DNA from: Podarcis gaigeae
Taxonomy: Eukaryota
Assembly (NCBI GenBank): GCA_964106915.2
Contig: OZ066919.1
Length of the DNA: 64,000 nt
Strand: one strand, 5' to 3'
Shown one piece after another: positions 61,374-64,000 of this stretch (its first letter is position 1; the number at the start of each line of letters is the position of its first letter). Under the pieces are notes generated by a model that did no database searches, had not been told where the DNA came from, and worked only from the letters and a program-made list of their open reading frames with translations. The position numbers were made by a program, and so were the translations under genes.

Positions 61374-64000
61374 TACATTGGTAAGTATGCGGCAGCATAC
61401 CAAACTAGATACAATATTGTGTAAATTCAATTAAAGTGCATATTCAAAAAGATGCAAATCACAGAGGGAGGAATGGGAGAAGGAACAACATTCAGACTCC
61501 AGGGTATGTGGCAGTGGGGGTGCTTTCATCCCACCCTGCTGCTTGTGCCCAGCATTTGCATATTTTAAAATGTGCATGGTACTTATATAATTAAGCTCAT
61601 TGGTTTGATGATTGGGTCTTTGGGTGGGTTGGAAAAGTAGTTAACTAAAATTCTATGGGCCTCATCAGTGCCTAGTACAAGACTCTGCTGCTTATAAGAC
61701 ATTCTTGAGGTTCAGCAGGTCTGTTTTGAACAAGGCACCAACAGTGCAACAACATGTCTCTTGCAGTTGCTCATATCACTTTATGAAATATTGCATTGTA
61801 TCCAACTAAATTGTGTGCACTGAATGACTTCCACAAGTGCAACAGTGTTCCCTTTCTTCCCATTGCATGCCCCCATGTGCTCTTGACATTTCTGCAACCT
61901 GGCAGTGTGTGCAATGATTTGGTTAGATACGGCCTATTCTTTTCTGTAACGATAATGGTGAAACCCTTGCCGCACGAGGTAGAAAACTGCATCTACGTGT
62001 GAGACAGAGGATGGCACAAGAGCTTGAAGATGCAAGAGAATTTCAGAAATAGGTTTCATGCTTTTCTTCTACCCATACCACTTACCTGTTTTTTGGTAAG
62101 TTTGCTGCAGAATAAATGAGTAAGAAGCTAGATGGGCTTCTGCGAACCTTAGTTTGCCAAGGGCAGAGGAAGGTATCTGCATCATACTCTGCATTCTGTT
62201 GTTCTCAAACTAAATCAAACTGCTCAAGCCTTGGAGTGTACTTTAGGTAAAACCTACTGGAAACAACAAAGGATAAAAAATCGATTCACAAATGCTACCT
62301 TTAAAGTCACATTTGGCATTAGTAGAGGGGAAATGTGCCCAGCCAACTAATGCAGTTACAGCTGAGGTTTAATCTCTTGCTGGCTGCCTTTACTTTATAA
62401 AAGGCTTTTAATCTTACTCAACTTTGTCACCACTAGTTTTAGCAGGGAAAGAAAACAGTCTGTTTTGTTAATACTCTCTTTCTCAGGCCAAATGATCCTT
62501 CCATCAATTAGTTGCAAAGACAGTGGCCTCCCCATGCTGTGGTAGTTTGGCCCTCTGACCAATCTAATCTCAGTAGAAGTATAGTATGCCCAAGTATCAG
62601 CTGCGCACGAACTTCCTTTTTGTGAACAAGCAGAAAGCCTTGGTTGATCATAGTGCCTGGTTATGCCCAAATGGCTTCCAAACAAGCCAAAATATGGAGT
62701 TAAAGGTTTTAAGTTTGCTTATATATCTTAGCTTGTTTGGCAGTTATTAACCATCTGTTCATAGTGGGAACAGGAAACCATGCTTAACTAGGATTTCCTG
62801 GCTTGTTTCACAGATCACACAAAGGGAGGAGCAAAGCTTCCATGTGTGGGTGCCTGACACTCCTGCATATTGCAGCTTAGAATTTATTGTCATAGCACAA
62901 TTATCAAGCAAACTTGGTATACAACTAAATCAGTACAGGTGGTGTGGGAAACCTGTCGCTCTCCAGATGTTACTGAACTACAACTCCCATCAGCCCCCAC
63001 AAGTGTGGCCAGTGATGACAGTTCATCAACATCTGCAGTACAGATGAGCCATAAGTTCTAAATCTATCCAGTATTTCTTACTCTTCCCCCCACCCAAATA
63101 TATTTATACATTAAGCTTCTCTATCTTTTCCTTCCACTTTAATTTATTTTGCTTTTGTTTTTCTGACTTTTGTTTTCTGCTCCTAACACTAATGGTACAT
63201 TTTAATTCACTGGTTGCCACTTATTGCTAATATTCCTAATTGATGGTGATCTGTGGGTTTCAGCTACAAAGGAGTTGTACGGGGAAAAGAGCAGAACATA
63301 TTAATCTACCACTTTTGCCTGAACTGGTGCCATAACGCCCACTGCCAACACTGGTGTACTATAGCCTTTTGGGCTAGCCCTGCATGTGTTACAAGAGCTT
63401 GTTATAGCTGCTAGTCCTCAGAGGTCCTGTTCACATAAGTAGCAGAGCCAAGCATCCTAAGTTCATTCAGGACAACTATAAAAGTATTTAATATAACTTG
63501 ATTTGTTGACATAAGATGTTGTGCTGACTACTGGGTTAAATGACTGAAAAAAAGATTATACCAAATACATGAAATAGGCCAGAAGCAGTATGCGTCTGAA
63601 TACCTGTTGTGTTGGGGAGGATACTGTTTATGCATTGCTTCTTGATTTTATGGAAATTTGATTTGACCACTGGGGAGAACAGAATGATGACACTTTAGTT
63701 CAAAACACAGTTTTGATGAAAGATCAGGACGAAAGTGGGGGTGTATTTTCTAAGCCGCAAACTGTTGGGTAGTTGGAAATAGAAACAGCTTCTTGGGGGA
63801 AATCTGAATTCCACACAACAAATAAATAGTAACTGTGTCTTTGTAGCATGAAATACTATAAAAGGAACCTCTGTGAAATCAGACATTTACCAAAGAAGCA
63901 GACTATCACATCCCTTAAAAGTTGCACAAGAAATGCAACTGTTTCACTGGATTTCATACTGCTCAAGCATTATTCTCGCCCTTATGCTAGCGCAGCAGCT

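Noticed and set aside
60800-64000. TESK2 3' end expected by synteny
   Set aside because: No TESK2 coding sequence was recognised in the window. It may be 3'UTR but this cannot be supported from the sequence.

Overview
Vertebrate genomic DNA, almost certainly a squamate. Sauria SINEs are present, and a tRNA-Lys/CR1-tail SINE suggests a lacertid lizard. Five complete genes were reconstructed by hand with GT-AG splice sites. PRDX1 (+, 199 aa). SELENOP2/SelPb (-, 272 aa, in-frame UGA = Sec63 in a U-Q-F-C motif, with a SECIS at 25659-25731). HPDL (+, single coding exon, ~401 aa). MUTYH (-, 15 coding exons, 522 aa). TOE1 (+, 7 coding exons, 539 aa), head-to-head with MUTYH. A CpG-rich minus-strand promoter/first exon at ~4.8-5.0 kb belongs to a gene that leaves the window (AKR1A1 by synteny only). 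The most unusual feature is a second, diverged copy of the SELENOP2 terminal exon 5.8 kb downstream (20471-20680). It keeps an identical splice acceptor and the same phase, lies beyond the SECIS and poly(A) signal, and ends in a UGA followed in frame by R-D-C and a hydrophobic tail. It could be an alternative SECIS-less last exon (regulatory switch) or a duplication relic. Other notable items: paired inverted AREs upstream of PRDX1, a repeat insertion whose target-site duplication copied the MUTYH exon-1 splice donor, a probable 5'UTR intron in HPDL, and a gene order that differs from human. Most short ORFs in the supplied track are spurious or repeat-derived.
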